DNA of 59,546 bases from Chiloscyllium plagiosum (GCF_004010195.1 NC_057720.1:23232515-23292060); one strand, 5' to 3'; counted from the stretch's first letter, positions 1-12,819 are shown. The notes: generated from the sequence alone by a model not told the origin. Numbers and translations: made by a program.

Positions 1-345
1 ACTGCCTTCACTGCCATCCCTCTAAAAGTAACCTTTTTAAAAAAAAACTAGGTCTAAAGAATGGAACAAGCAAAATGCAGCACTTACCTACTTACCACAA
101 CGGGTCTTATTATTAGGTTAGAGGAGGAGGGCGGGTGGGAGACACTATCTCTGTAGTGCCTCGGATTCCTCTCCTGCATGCTTTTATAGGAAAAAAAACC
201 TACCCAGGTAAGCTTGCGCTATACCAGCTTCCGGGTCCGCTCCATGCTTTTTTTTAAGAAAAACTTTCAAATTTAAACCGTTAAACAAATGTCACCGAGC
301 CTTCAAGCAGCCACTGCCAAACAGCCCTTACCTGCTCTCCTGAGA
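1..345 (-). mobile_element. Probable 5' UTR and ORF1 start of a CR1-type LINE running off the window start
   Basis: Minus strand reads ...ttttagagggATGGCAGTGAAGGCAGT (ATG at 17-15, MAVKA...), preceded by tagtgtctcccacccgccctcctcctctaacc, which I recall as a shark CR1 5' region. Confidence 0.55.
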
Positions 346-726
346 GAGTGTAAAGAGATCTGTTGGAGGGTTTGGTGGTTACGCTGAAGTGTTTGGGATG
401 GATTGTGTTTTGGAGTGGGTGAATAGTCAGTGATGATACTCCGGTCAGTTACCCTGGATAACTGATGCGTTACACTGTTTAACATCCTAACGTTTCTCAA
501 GTAAGAATGCAGGTGAGTTTCACTTATCTAACCCAAGTTGTTGCAGTATGGAGTCAGCTGATTGGAAGTTCAAACTTCTTGGATTGTTTTCACATACGCA
601 CAGTCCTTAGGTTGAGAATGTGTTCTGTTCTGAATTCCATTTGCAAGTCGATTTGAATGCAAATCAAAACACAGTGCAGGAGATGGAAAACAACTGTACA
701 TTAGTACGTGAATTGTTTTATATTGA

Positions 727-800
727 CAAATGTGGTGCTAGAAAAGCACACCAGGTCAGGCAACATCCGAGGAGCAGGAAAATCGATATTTCGGGCCAGA
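727..800 (-). mobile_element. Short PLE pseudo-LTR fragment (family A), truncated within the hammerhead
   Basis: Same sequence as 12627-12963 and 51707-51892 (gtggtgctagaaaagcac..caggtcaggc..catccgaggagcagg). Confidence 0.7.
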
Positions 801-1399
801 GGTGGCCTTGAATTGTTTGTATGTTGTGTCTTTTAAATTATGACCATGTATGAGATTGAGTTCGTAAGTGTGAGTGTTCATAAAGCAGACATTCGCAAAT
901 TAACGACCTCCTGTATATCTGTGCTTCACAATTTCTGCGGGGCCCTGATTTCTTTTCTCCCAATGTGTTTTCCATCTCTGATGATCTGGCAATGAAAAGC
1001 TTTAGGCCATGGTTTTCCTAATCACTATTTAATGGTTTGGGTAATGAACTTGAACTTGATTTTTGATGTCTTATGGACTCAAGAAATATGGGAAGCAGGC
1101 AGGGAAACAGTTAAAATCCAACATCACGTGTGATATTAAAGGTGGAGCAAAGATAATGAATCTTAAGGTCTTTTGCTTCTATTTATTTTCTTCTTATGGA
1201 TCCACTATTTTTCTTGCAGAATAGGTGCTGGTTGGTGACTTGGCAACCATTTGACCTGGGAGCAGTACCAACAGGAAATAGATTAAGCTAAAGGATGTAG
1301 TGGGGCCAGAGACCACACAATCTGTAGCTTCTTTGAGGAACAGAGAAGGCATATTTACAAGGTGTTGTGTGTGTGCAATAAGGATGGAAAAGCAAAACT

Positions 1400-2330
1400 C
1401 AATCCATCAATGTTAACATCATTTTATGAAGGATAAATCACATTTGACTAATTTGCCAGAGTTCTTTGAAAATGTCACAAGCATGGTGGATAATGGAGGT
1501 CCTGTAGGTGGAGTATATCTGGGCCACCAGAAGGCATTTGATAAGGTGCCGCACAAAAGGTTAACACACAGGGTAAGATCAAATTCGTTAGCTTGGATGG
1601 AGGATTGGCTAGCCAAAGAAAGTTGAAATAAATAGGTCTTTTTCTCATTCTAAGATGTAACTAATGGCATGCTACAGGTTTCAGTCATCTGGCCTTAACT
1701 AATCACACTCTGCATTCATGACTTGCATGTAGGGAGAGAAGGTACTATAGCCAAATTTTCAGATGACACTAAAATAGGTGATAAGCTAAATTGCAATGAA
1801 GAATTAAGAAATTTACAAATAAATAGGGATAGATTAGATGAATGGACCCAGATTTAGCCAGTGAAGTTTAAATTGGATAAGTTTGAGATTATCCATTTTG
1901 GTCAGAGGAATAGAAAGGCAACTTATTATCCAAATGGAGAGAAATAGCAGAGTGCTTCAATGCATGGGGATCTGGACGTCCTCATGCATGATCACAGAAA
2001 ACTTGTAGGTACAGCACGTAATAAGGAAGGCAAATGAAATTTTAATATTTATTGCTAAAGAAATAGAGTAGAAAAGTAGAGACATGTTGCTGCATCTGTA
2101 CAAGGCAATAATGAAATCGCACCTGGGGTATTGCATAAAATTTTGGTTCTCTTACTTGAGAATACATATAGTTACTTTGGAGGCAGTTCAGAGGAGGTTC
2201 ACTAGATATATCTCAGATGGGGGATTTGACTAATGAACAGAGATTGAGCACTTTAGGCACAGACTTCCTGGAGTTTAAAAGAATGATGGAGCAAGCTTGG
2301 ACTGAATTGCCTCTTGCCCCTTGTCCTTAT
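1400..2330 (+). mobile_element. Degenerate CR1 LINE ORF2 (RT) fragment
   Basis: ORF 1426-1626 contains KAFDKVPHKRL; downstream ttttcagatgacactaaaatagg (FADDTK-like); many stops. Confidence 0.85.
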
Positions 2331-4129
2331 GCTCTAAAGCTGAAGACAGTCTAAGAGCAGGGATGGGGAATTAAACAGTTCTGCTGTAAGGCATTCATTT
2401 TGCTAGAACAAAGCAGACTGTTTGCTTAATTTATATTTTTTTTAAAAAAGGGGATCAGACAAAGGAGTCTTGAGGGAATTTGTACCCTAACTGCTGTTAA
2501 TGTAGGTAAGGAAGTTCTGGGATTGTATCTTTGACTGATGATTATCGTCAGAAAACTCTTGCAGAATATAGTTGCTAGTGAAGTATTCCGAACGGCAAAT
2601 TGATTGAGTTGTGAAGTAACAGATCCTACATACCAGAGCGCAAATTCAACAACTTGGGAACTGCATATGGCACCACACATTGGGTGCTTTTATAGTCATT
2701 CAGCATGGAAACAGACCCTTTGGTCCAACCAGTCGGTGCTGACCATAATCAAAAACAAATTTTGGTTTTGTAAGATACATCTTTCTTATATTGACTGTCT
2801 TAATGTGAAATATTTTGTTTTATTTCAGTTATCATTTGCCTGTTAATTGATGTGCATTGGTTCTGATTCATGATAAAGGAAAAGCGAAATCCTTTTGATA
2901 ATTTCTTTATTTAGGGGTTATTTGGGTACACTTGGTTCATTTACGCTGGCCCATTTCAGCACAGCTGATTCTTAATGTTTTATAACCTTCTGGTTGTGAT
3001 ATGTTTGTGTTACTGCAATACATTTATTCTCATTCCTGATTATACTCAGAAATACCACTTTAAGAACTGTCACTTTAGAGTCTGAAAGTTTCACTGCTAA
3101 ATGTGGCTAAGACTCTATTTTACCTGAATTAGTGTAATTTGGGAAGAATCAAAATTGAATTTCTCAATATCTTGCAAAATGTTGATGTGAGACTACAAGA
3201 GCAAATTAATGTTTGTCACTTTGAAGGAATTTCATATTTGAGGTTAGTTTCTCAGAATTGTGACATTACTGAATCTAGGTAATTCAAATTACTGAACAAA
3301 CAAGTAGACATTCTGAAGGACTGAGAAAGATCTGAGGACTGAGCTAGAAAACAAATGTGAATGTAAGATGGCTGCTGATGACGATGACATGTTGCTCAGG
3401 CAACTTGATCTAAAGACTCCAGAAAACCCTGCTTATGAAAACTAATCAACTTTCCAATGAACGGTGGAAAAAGCTTCAAAGCACCAAATGATTCCTATTC
3501 TATTAGAAAATGAGACCAGCTTGCCACAGTAAAGCAGTAAGGATGAGTTGAGTAGGTTGAGTTAGACAGCACCCAGTCTTACAGTCTCAATGAATGATGA
3601 TACTGATAACTGCAGAAATCCTTTTCTAAGAAAGAAACAGCTACAGAGAATGTACATGAAGATATGCCAGAGCTGAAAGTTGCCTCAGTTCGAGAGATAG
3701 GTAGATACTGCATTTTTGTCAATGCATCGAATCTGAAAATAATTAGTGGCCCAAACTTTTTGCTCTGTAAAGGAAAGTCAATGATGTTGAATCTCCCCAA
3801 AACATCTGTGATGGGTACACTACTTTAAATCTGGCACTCTCAGAATGGATGCTGGTCCAAATTTTGGATATTTCCAGAGTTGAATCAGACATTTTGAGTC
3901 CTGGGCAGTCAGGTCAGACTGTTGGATGGAGTCAAGGATTCTTGGGCTGTCAACAAAGTCCGTAACTCATCTAGAATTGCACTGTGCTTGTGCCGTGCCT
4001 GACCGAATCAGCCACGTAAGTTTTTAAATTTTATTCCATTGAAATTTCTAAAAATGGCTGATTTTCAAACACCACCAGCTTTCAACTTGCCAAATTTGTC
4101 AATCTTTGTTGTATTTACTGGCACAATTG

Positions 4130-5115
4130 TTCTGCAGGAATCGTTGCTGGGTTCACTGTTTGTCATTTATATAAATGAGTTGGATGAGAATGTAGGAAGC
4201 ATGGTTCATAAGTTTGTGGGTGACACCAAAATTTGTGGTATGGTAGACACTGAGGAAGGTTATCTAAAACCACAAAAGGGATCTTGATCACTTGGGCTAA
4301 AGGGCTGAGGAGTGGCAAATGGAGTTTAATTTATATGAATGCAAATTGTTGCATTTTGGTAAGATGAACAAGGGCAGGACATACACAGTTTAATGGCATG
4401 ACCTTGGGGAGTGTTGCAGAACAGAGAGACCTGGGGGTTGAGGTACATAGTTCATTGAAAGTTGCTTCACAGGTAAACAGTGATAAAGAAGGCTTTTAGT
4501 CGGCTTGCCTTCATTGCTCAGAGCATTGAGTATAGGAGTTGGGATGTCATGTTGTAGTTGTACAGAACATTGGTGAGGCTACGTTTGGAGTACTGGCTAT
4601 AGTCAGGTCCCCTTGCTATGGGATGAGTATTATTAAATTGGAGAGTGTGCTGAAATGATTTATAAGGATGTAACTGGGATAGGAGGATTTGAGTTACAAG
4701 GAGAGACTGGATAAGCTGGGACTTCTTTCCGTAGAGTGTAAGAGACTGAGGAGTGTTTTTATTAGAGGTTTATAAAATCATAAGGGGCAAGGATAGGATG
4801 AAATGGCTAAGGTCTTTTTCCGAGGCTTGATGAATTCAAAACGAGTGGGCATAATTTTAAGGTGAAAAGAGAAAGATTTAAAAGGGACCTAAGGGGCAGC
4901 TTTTTCATGCAGCATGATCATTACTTGGAATGAATGGCCAGAGGAAGTGGGAGATCCAGGAACAGTTACAACATTTAAAAGTCATTTAGGTAGGCACAGG
5001 AATAAGCAAGATTTAGAGGGATATGGACCAAATGCAGATAAATGGGACTTGTTCAGTTTTGGAAATTTGGCATGGGCGAGTTGGTCTGAAGGGTCTGTTT
5101 CCATGCTGTATAATT
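4130..5115 (+). mobile_element. CR1 LINE 3' fragment
   Basis: LFVIYINELDE..KFVGDTKI; WNEWPEEV..FKSHL; CR1 3' UTR gggtctgtttccatgctgta. Confidence 0.9.
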
Positions 5116-5240
5116 CCAAGAATTATTTTATTAAAATAAACTGATTATTTCTTTACAACTTAATATGTTGATACTATATTCACTCCAGTAAATTTTATAT
5201 TTTTTTAGGTATTATAGCTCATATATATTACCTCTTGAAA

Positions 5241-5804
5241 CCACCTAACATCGACCTGAAAATGGAGGTTGACTTGATGTACCAAGTATAAAATTGAACC
5301 AATGTATGGTTCCTATTTTGAAATGTGAAAAAAAGACAGTAATGCATCTTAAATCAGTGTGGTTAATGGTCTATTAATGTATTCTATTAGGATAATAAAA
5401 GGTGTCTTAAAGCATGTCAAATTAGTTTAGTCAAGTGGCTTTGGCATTTTTTGTAAGAATCTGGCTGCAGATCAGGTATGTTTTCAGTTTCATAATAACC
5501 CTCCACACAAATCATTTTCATCTATTGAACTAAACAAGCCTCACTTTTTATGAACGATCTGATGAACTTGGTATACCTGTTTGGTGGTGAGATCACAAAA
5601 TATCAAATGAGATATCTTTGCATATGTTATTTTTATTGTTGTAACATCCTCCTCACCCATTAAGCAGGTGCTTAAATGGCTTGTTGAAGCACACACATCC
5701 AAAGGTTGAACATCCACACACATCCACCTAACATCGACCTGAAAATGGAGGTTGACTTGATGTACCAAGTATAAAATTGAACCAATGTATGGTTCCTATT
5801 TTGA
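5241..5804 (+). repeat. Exact 81-bp direct repeat (5241-5321 and 5724-5804)
   Basis: ccacctaacatcgacctgaaaatggagg...ggttcctattttga occurs identically twice. Confidence 0.97.
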
Positions 5805-6845
5805 CTCTGGGTGTAACTGCAGTTTGGTTATCTTTGCATGTGCCTTTTGATATCATCAATTTATATGGGGCCTGAACGTGACTCAACACGAATAAGCTGT
5901 GTTCTGGGTAGGCCATCAGGATGCCCCATCCATACATTCCATTCACAACTTCTCTTCATCCTCATTCATTCAATTGTTGTTGCTGACATTGTAATGTAAA
6001 CTGCAATTTAGTTTGGATTGGGTTTTTGAGTTAGTAATATAGTTTTTCTGTGTGTCTGAAGTTAAGAATTCTAAGCTGCACTAAGTGGTTAAAAGCCACC
6101 AAAATCTTAAATGTTGCTGATAAATGTACAGATCTAAAATAAGCAGGAGCAAAAAGTACAATGCTGGAAGGCAAGAATCCTGACAAACAATAAAAATAAA
6201 ATGTTAAAAAAGTACTCAGAGTTCATTGGACAGACTCTTACTCTTTAAACCTTGTGGCAACATAGAGTGTGGAACATCAGTATCCAGTGGGTTTTCTTAC
6301 CTTGATGGTCTTCATTTACTTGGCTATTCCTAGCATATGTTTGCAAAGTTATCTTACATTGACGTATTAGTTATTTTCCAACAGTACTAAAATAATATGC
6401 TGTACTTCGTCATGTTGTATTGTGAAAAGGATTGAAGAGAAAGGGACAAATACTGTGGTATGTGCATGAAGAAGTGATATCGTCTTGCTGTAAGGAGAAC
6501 AAGATTGTGTTTTGAACTTAGTTGTATAGAAAGAGACCATAAGAACACTGTTGTGTCATGAAGACTTTTCTGGCTTCATAGCAAATAGTAGATTCAACTG
6601 CTTTTTAAAATAAGCATATGTAGCAGCAGAATTTCTAGAATAGAATTACAAAATGATTACAATGCATGAGGAGAATATTATGCCAATTGAATCCACACTG
6701 GCTTTCTCAAGGTATAGTGAGTTCCATGCTGTAGCAATCACAAGATTCAGTCCTCTTTTGAAAACTGTAATTGATCTTCCCTCCGCCATCCTCCTCAGTC
6801 AGTGCTTTCCAGATCCAAACTTCTCTCACTGAAAATGTTTTTCAT

Positions 6846-6998
6846 GATGTGTGGGAGGAAACCGCAGCACTCAGGAAACCCACACAGACAAAGGAGAATG
6901 TGCAAACTCCACACAGACAGTCGCCCAAGGCTGGAATCGAACCTGGGACCCTGGTGCTGTGAGGCAGCAGTGCTAACCACTGAGCCACCGTGCCACCC
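6846..6998 (-). mobile_element. HE1-type tRNA-derived SINE (partial)
   Basis: Minus-strand head gggtggcacggtggctcagtggttagcactgctgcctcacagc...ggttcgattcc with A/B boxes. Confidence 0.85.
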
Positions 6999-7311
6999 TG
7001 TTATTATAGTTTCCCAGCTACCAGACAGAAAATAGACTGTGACTATTCTTGACTATAAAGTCAAAGACTGGCAACCCAGTTCACAACTTTCTCCTCAAGT
7101 CCTTCATCTTGGCAGCCCTCACTAACATTTTAGGGCAGGTTTTACAGGCAGTGACTGCCCAGCCCTATTGGTGGATTTCTGATCCATCTGAAATACTGTT
7201 CTACATTTCATTGCTGTATTTCGAAGCATGCTGGCATTTCTTATAGAAATGATACTGCCAGGGCACTTTGCACACAGCAACAGGCACACAATTCATGAAC
7301 TTATTTTATTT

Positions 7312-7640
7312 ATTCATTTTTGGGATGAGGGTGTTGCTGGCTAAACCAGCATATATTGCCCATCCCTGATTACCCAGCCCAGCAGGCAGTTAAAAGGCAA
7401 CCACATTGCTGAGAGTCTGGAGTCATGTACAGAGATGACCGTTTCCTTCCCTAAAGGACATTAGTGAACTAGATGGGCTTTTCTGTCAATCGACAAGAGA
7501 TTCATTGTCATCGTTAGACTCTCTTTTTAATTCCAGATTTTTATTGAATTCAGGTCCTGCTGTCTGCTGAGCCTGGGTCCCCAGAATATTGCCTGGGTCT
7601 CTGGGTTAACAGTCTAGTGATAATACCACTGAGCCATCAA
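7312..7640 (-). mobile_element. tRNA-derived SINE with L2/CR1-clade LINE tail
   Basis: Head gatggctcagtggtattatcactagactgtt; tail gggatgggcaata.atgctgg shared with LINE tails at 16280 and 31100; related copy at 40460-40850. Confidence 0.6.
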
Positions 7641-8496
7641 CTTTTTGGGATTGGACCAGAATGTACCTCATGGCTCCTCGCTTGCTGTCTTAGCACTCAG
7701 TCACTTCACAAGTACTTGAATACTCTCAGCATGTTGTCATTACTGTGGCTTTTGACCCTTTGCCTCTCAGTCAGAACTTAAAGGCGTAGAATATGTCAAT
7801 CCTGCTTTTAGTGCAAGTACAAAGTCTGGCACCTGGTCATTGTCAGTAGTAATCAGTCGAGGGGTTGGACATTGTTGTTGTGGGGTATCATAAGTCTGTA
7901 CGATATGCTTCAACCAAATAGTCAAGCCTCAAAGTTGGAGGGGAATAGACCTCCATCAGGTCAAGAGTGACACCCTTCAGTCAGGGGAACTCAATTGTGG
8001 GGCCTAGAGGCAGCATGCTTGGGTGCAGAGGGAACAATATTTGTGAAGAGGAAAACTCAACATTTAAGGGATAGGAGAGGAGAATAGTGCATTTGAGGAC
8101 GTGGGTCAGTGCAGGAGGGAGGGATTGTTGGTCATCACAATCTTTGTCTTGGCACAGGGATAATGCAGCATGATAGCATGGCTAACCTATTGGGCTAAAG
8201 CTGTGGGCAATGCTAAGAGATGAAATTTTAATTCACTGGTATATGGGAATATGTGGAAGCTAAGTACTGATGGGCTGAACAGGGTGTTAGGGAACCCATG
8301 GCTGAAGCAACATAAAATGGCTGTGTGGGGTTCTCAGTTGACATGAAATGGCTGAGCAAGATTTTTAGTTTAAACTGCAGCTTCTATCGTCTGCTGTTTG
8401 AAGTTAAACTATAAACTAGAGTAATTGTAGCCTTCATAGTGTACCCAAGGTAACAAGATTAAAATAACAGTTTTATGCAATACATACAATGGATGC

Positions 8497-9075
8497 TGTT
8501 GAAACAGAAACAAATGCAGCTGTTTGTGTCAAGACAGTTTGATATGGAACATCCTTGAGAAATCCTGATCGAAGCCCCCTTTTCAGGCTAGTCCAGAGTT
8601 TGATATTTAGTATGTATTAAAAAGAAAGGGACTGCTAAGAACCCTGAGCAATTATAGCTGCATGTTTTATGATATATAAAGAATACAGGCATTAAGGGAT
8701 TTAACTGCATTCCTGTGGAAAGGGAGCTAGAGAAGGGCCCCTTCCTATGAACAGAGATTATTGCAGCAGCCTAAAGTCTGGAATGTCACCGAATGAGAGA
8801 TGTTACGAAGGCCCAAGGTTATGTAATTAGGGAATTGTTGTAAACATCATGAGAGGATCTAAAATTGATCGTGCAATCACATAATTGAATGTGCATGTAA
8901 TCAATCATTGGTTTACAACAGCCAAAAGTGGCCTTAGAGCAAGTATATAAAAAGGGTATCTTTGCCTTTGATCATTGAAGTCCCTCGATTGCAAAGAGGT
9001 TTTCTTCCCCTTTGTAAAGCAATAAACTCACAGATGCTGGAAGCGAGCGTGGGTCTGACATGATTAATTTAGTCA
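8497..9075 (+). mobile_element. Possible solo LTR
   Basis: TG...CA ends, TATA (tatataaaaa, 8944) followed by AATAAA (9021); TSD not clean. Confidence 0.45.
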
Positions 9076-9511
9076 TGCTGCCCAACAAGTGATGCCAGGA
9101 GAAAAGGAATGTGGGGAGGGGATGGGTCTTCATTAACAGCCTGACCCTGTAACTCATTGTGCCAAGCATGATCTGCATTGCCTTCCATAATCATACAACT
9201 TGTAAATGCACAGTGGAAAGATAAAATGGTTGTGACCCCACCTGGGGTGGGTGGCATAACTAATTTTTTTCTGTCTGGGTGTGTGGACTCCACTTGTGAA
9301 TGACACCATGCACTTGAGGCAATTGCATTAATTAGGCATTTTCACAATACAGGTTGACAGTAGCTCTCATCATTCCACCTTTCATGTGAAATGCATGCAG
9401 CATCGAATTGTGTTGGTACACATGGTCTTGAGCAGTCTTGATCATGTTATTGAAAGCTGTTCGTGGTAGATAGTCTGTCTGTAAAGCACAAGCAATTCCA
9501 GCTATCTTAGA

Positions 9512-9636
9512 GATAATAAGGACTCCAGATGCTGGAAGTCAGAGTTGATAAAATGATGAAGGATACTGACTCGAAATGTCGACTTTCCTGCTCTGATGCT
9601 GTCTGACCTGCTGTGCATTTCCAGCTCCACATTTTA
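9512..9636. mobile_element. PLE-derived insertion (family A-like) with inverted piece and decayed hammerhead
   Basis: tgatgaagg...tcgaaatgtcgac at 9554-9583; flanked by ccagctatcttaga (9498-9511) and ccagctaccttaga (9637-9650). Confidence 0.7.
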
Positions 9637-10439
9637 CCAGCTACCTTAGAAATGGGACTTGCGGGCCACAATTCACAAATAGTTCAAGATCTCAGGCTGA
9701 AAAGGGCACAGAACTGGTTTCTTCTTCCTTTGAACTGTGTTTGCCAACACATTTGATGTGGTATTATATTTCTGAAGACGGTATCTATAATCCTACAACA
9801 GTTAGTTGCATTCATTGGAGTAAGATCCCAATGTCAGAGATCCCTGAAGTGGCCTTATTGGTAACTTTGATAGCCATGTATGGAGGAGAGTGCTAAACCA
9901 TCAGAGGTTGCATGTTTTACAAGAGTAGTTACTGGGATACCAGGGCTACCTTCTGTGACCATGCTTGCTGTTATACACCCTCTGGTCTGAGGCTGAGCAC
10001 AGGCACAGTGTAACCCATTATTCAACCAGGGGAATCAATCATGGAACAGAAGATGCATGTACTGATGGTAAGATTGTCTTGCTTGGGTCAGTCTGGGGAG
10101 CCTTTGTAATCTTAGTATGCTATGCTTTGCACAATTGCAGGAGGTGAGAAAGTTATTGATGGACTCTGAGGAGCTGGAAGAATAGCATCAATCTTCCAAG
10201 GAGGAAGATGACATCAAGTAAGAGGGATATCATTTTTTCTGCTGGATAGAGCACTGTAGAGTGGAGCACAATAAGCCAGACCAGATTTTATTACAGCTGG
10301 TTCCAACAGCTGTGAGCTGGATGCAGTGATTACTCATTGACTGACTGTACATTTGATGTTAGCTGAAAGGCAAGAAGTTCTTGTATGTTCCCAAAAAGAC
10401 CTTAGTTTGTCTTATTATTCTCTTTGGCTATTATAAAAT

Positions 10440-10822
10440 CAGAGGTATAGAGCATAGAAACAAGCCTTTTGGCCCAACTCGTCCATGCCAGACGGGTTTC
10501 CTGAACTGAACTAGTCCCAAATGCCTACATTTGGTCCGGATCTTTCTAAGTTGAAACTTTATTGCTGGAACAGCACAGCAGGTCAGGCAGCATCCAGGGA
10601 ACAGGAGATTCGACATTTCGGGCACAGGCCCTTCAGGAATGAGCAGAGAGTGTTCAGCAGGAGAAGATAAAAGGTAGGGAGGAGGGACTTGGAGGAGGGG
10701 CGTTGGAAATGTGATACTTGGAGGAGGGGCGTTGGAAATCTCCCCGGATCTTTCTAAACCTTTCCTATCCATGTTCCTGTCCATATGTCTTTTAAATGTG
10801 CAATCATACTCCCCTCTACCTG
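10440..10822 (-). mobile_element. CR1 3' tail interrupted by a PLE insertion
   Basis: CR1 tail text (agcatagaaac..gtccatgcc..ttcctatccatg..ttttaaatg) resumes after 10757. Confidence 0.8.
10550..10743 (-). mobile_element. PLE pseudo-LTR insertion (family A) with 14-bp TSD and decayed hammerhead
   Basis: TSD ccggatctttctaa at 10536-10549 and 10744-10757. Minus strand attcCTGAAGggcctgtgcccGAAAtGTCgaat has a 3-nt core deletion. Confidence 0.85.
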
Positions 10823-11317
10823 TTGCTGAGCAATGAGAGAATGTTGGGCTACAGTGGTCACCCAGTTAAAAAGAGCACTCGTTTAGGTAGGATTAAGAAA
10901 TGGGATGAAACTAAGGGCAGGTAACATGTAGCTTGGTTCTTCAGTAGCAATATATGCACAAATGTTTTAATTCTATGTCCAATAAAGTGTCAGCTGCGCC
11001 ATCTGTATGCCTTGAGAAGCATTTGTTTCTCATTGTTCACCCACTGCATATTCAGTGAAGGGCAGTTCCTGGCTAGCAGTGCTTGACTGGGTGCCCAGCT
11101 GGTCTTTAAAGATGGCACTGATGTCAGAAATCTCAGGAGGTTCCAGCAGTGATGAGTACATCCACCTGTTGGGTGAGGGAAGGTAGGATGAGTGAGGCAC
11201 CATAGGTTTACAGTTGACAAGGTGTATTTGAAATTATCATATAAGAAATATTGCTAGGCCTCACTGAGAGAAACCCTCTATGAAACTGACAGTTGATTTC
11301 TGATACAAAATCACTCC

Positions 11318-11396
11318 ATTAGCTCAGTTTTCCCCTTAACAGATGCTGCTTGATCAGCTGAGAACCTCCAGCGTTTTCTGTTTATTTTCTGATTTG
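11318..11396 (+). mobile_element. Old PLE-derived fragment (family C, region 3' of the hammerhead)
   Basis: cagatgctgcttgatcagctgag..tccagcgttttctg resembles 26033-26090. Confidence 0.45.
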
Positions 11397-11694
11397 GTTT
11401 TTGAATACGCTGTTGTATTTGAGGTTTGATCACATTTGTGTGTGAATTTCTGTTAGTAAATTTGAATTCAAAACTTCACAACATGATGCTCTTGGGTTGT
11501 ACTTTTATTTGAAATGCGACATAAAAAAAAAGTACATCTGTTTGGTGAGTGCATAAGATTGAGACCTTTTCAAAGCCAAATTGCAATATGCTTAAATTCC
11601 ATATCTGGTTTTATGCAACTATTTCAATGCCCTCTTGTGCTAACAACATTTCATTTTAGATAAATAAGGAATATTGTCTTCTGTTTTCCAACAG

Positions 11695-11877
11695 GATGCT
11701 AGCTTCACTGATGCCAGTTCGTTCAGTATCTCCATGCAGACTTCTCCATCTTCTATGATTAATCAGCATACTTTGGATGATGAACCTGACAGCAAAGATA
11801 TTTTTGTCACGGTTGACGACCCAGCAAATCATGTTACAACACTTGAAACATTTGTCACTTACAGAATTATTACAAAG
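11695..11877 (+). CDS. SNX7: Sorting nexin 7, coding exon (human exon 2 equivalent), start of PX domain
   Basis: ttttccaacAG|GAT...AAG|GTaaaa; 183 bp, phase 0/0. DASFTDASSFSISMQTSPSSMINQHTLDDEPDSKDIFVTVDDPANHVTTLETFVTYRIITK matches recalled human SNX7 (DASLMDMNSFSPMMPTSPLSMINQ...ETFITYRIITK) better than SNX30. Confidence 0.96.
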
Positions 11878-12219
11878 GTAAAAATAAATTACTGCTGAAT
11901 GTGCTTTCAATACTTAATTCCAAAGATTGATTAACTTCATTTTGTTAACATTTCGTTGTAACACAATGATGCAAGTAAATTGAAGTTTATTATGAGCGAT
12001 TGAAGATACCCAGCAATCCCCAATCTTAAAATCCAGTTTGCCACATTAACTCAATGTGATCAGCTCATCAGTATTTTCAATGTATTCCATGGTGACTCAA
12101 TATTCTTTTGATTTTCTGACATGAAATCTGGTGCCAAATCTTTCATGACTTCTTAATCCTTTATTATTTTAGTTTTAGATGCTTTCCACCCAAAGGTGAT
12201 TGCCAGACAATCAGATACT

Positions 12220-12430
12220 ATTGCGAAACAAGCTTTTAGAATTGCTCTGAGTCTTAAACATGCCTTTGTTATGGCCAGGTAACTCCACAAACATCTGAAT
12301 GTTTGTGGGCAAAGTCTTAGAGAGAATTGTAAGGGATAGGATTTATGCATTGCGAAACAAGCTTTTAGAATTGCTCTGAGTCTTAAACATGCCTTTGTTA
12401 TGGCCAGGTAACTCCACAAACATCTGAATG
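12220..12430 (+). repeat. Exact 82-bp direct repeat (12220-12301, 12349-12430) enclosing a 47-bp CR1 RT snippet
   Basis: Identical copies; spacer encodes VGKVLERIVRDRIY. Confidence 0.95.
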
Positions 12431-12788
12431 CCATTCACTAGTACACAGGGTCACTTTGCAAAATGGATTTTACCGGATGCTGGATGTTAATGCAAAAAAT
12501 TATCTCTTTTTTTTTAAACTAATCGAAATTTCAAATAGTATTTAAAAAGCAGTTTTAAATGATTGAGAATTTGCAAATGACATTTAAAAGTCTTGTATTG
12601 ATTTTGGTTTTAGAGTTGGTTTTCTTAGGAAAAGCAAGGAGAAAGTGAGGACTGCAGATGCTGGAGACTAGAGTTGAAAAATGTGGTGCTAGAAAAACAC
12701 AGCAGGCCAGGCAGCATCCAAGGAGCAGGAGAATTGACCTTTCGGGCATAAGCCCTTTTTCAGGAATGAGGCTGGTGTGCCAAGTGGG

Positions 12789-12819
12789 NNNNNNNNNNNN
12801 NNNNNNNNNNNNNNNNNNN
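12789..12819. other. Assembly gap (31 N)
   Basis: Run of N. Confidence 1.

Noticed and set aside
495..520. Strong plus-strand donors (CAA|GTAAGA, CAG|GTGAGT) as possible SNX7 exon 1
   Set aside because: No frame gives the expected acidic ...DLEVFSK end and there is no CpG island; exon 1 is probably upstream of the window.
12153..12434. 93-aa ORF with an internal repeat
   Set aside because: Artefact of the 82-bp DNA duplication; no coding signal.
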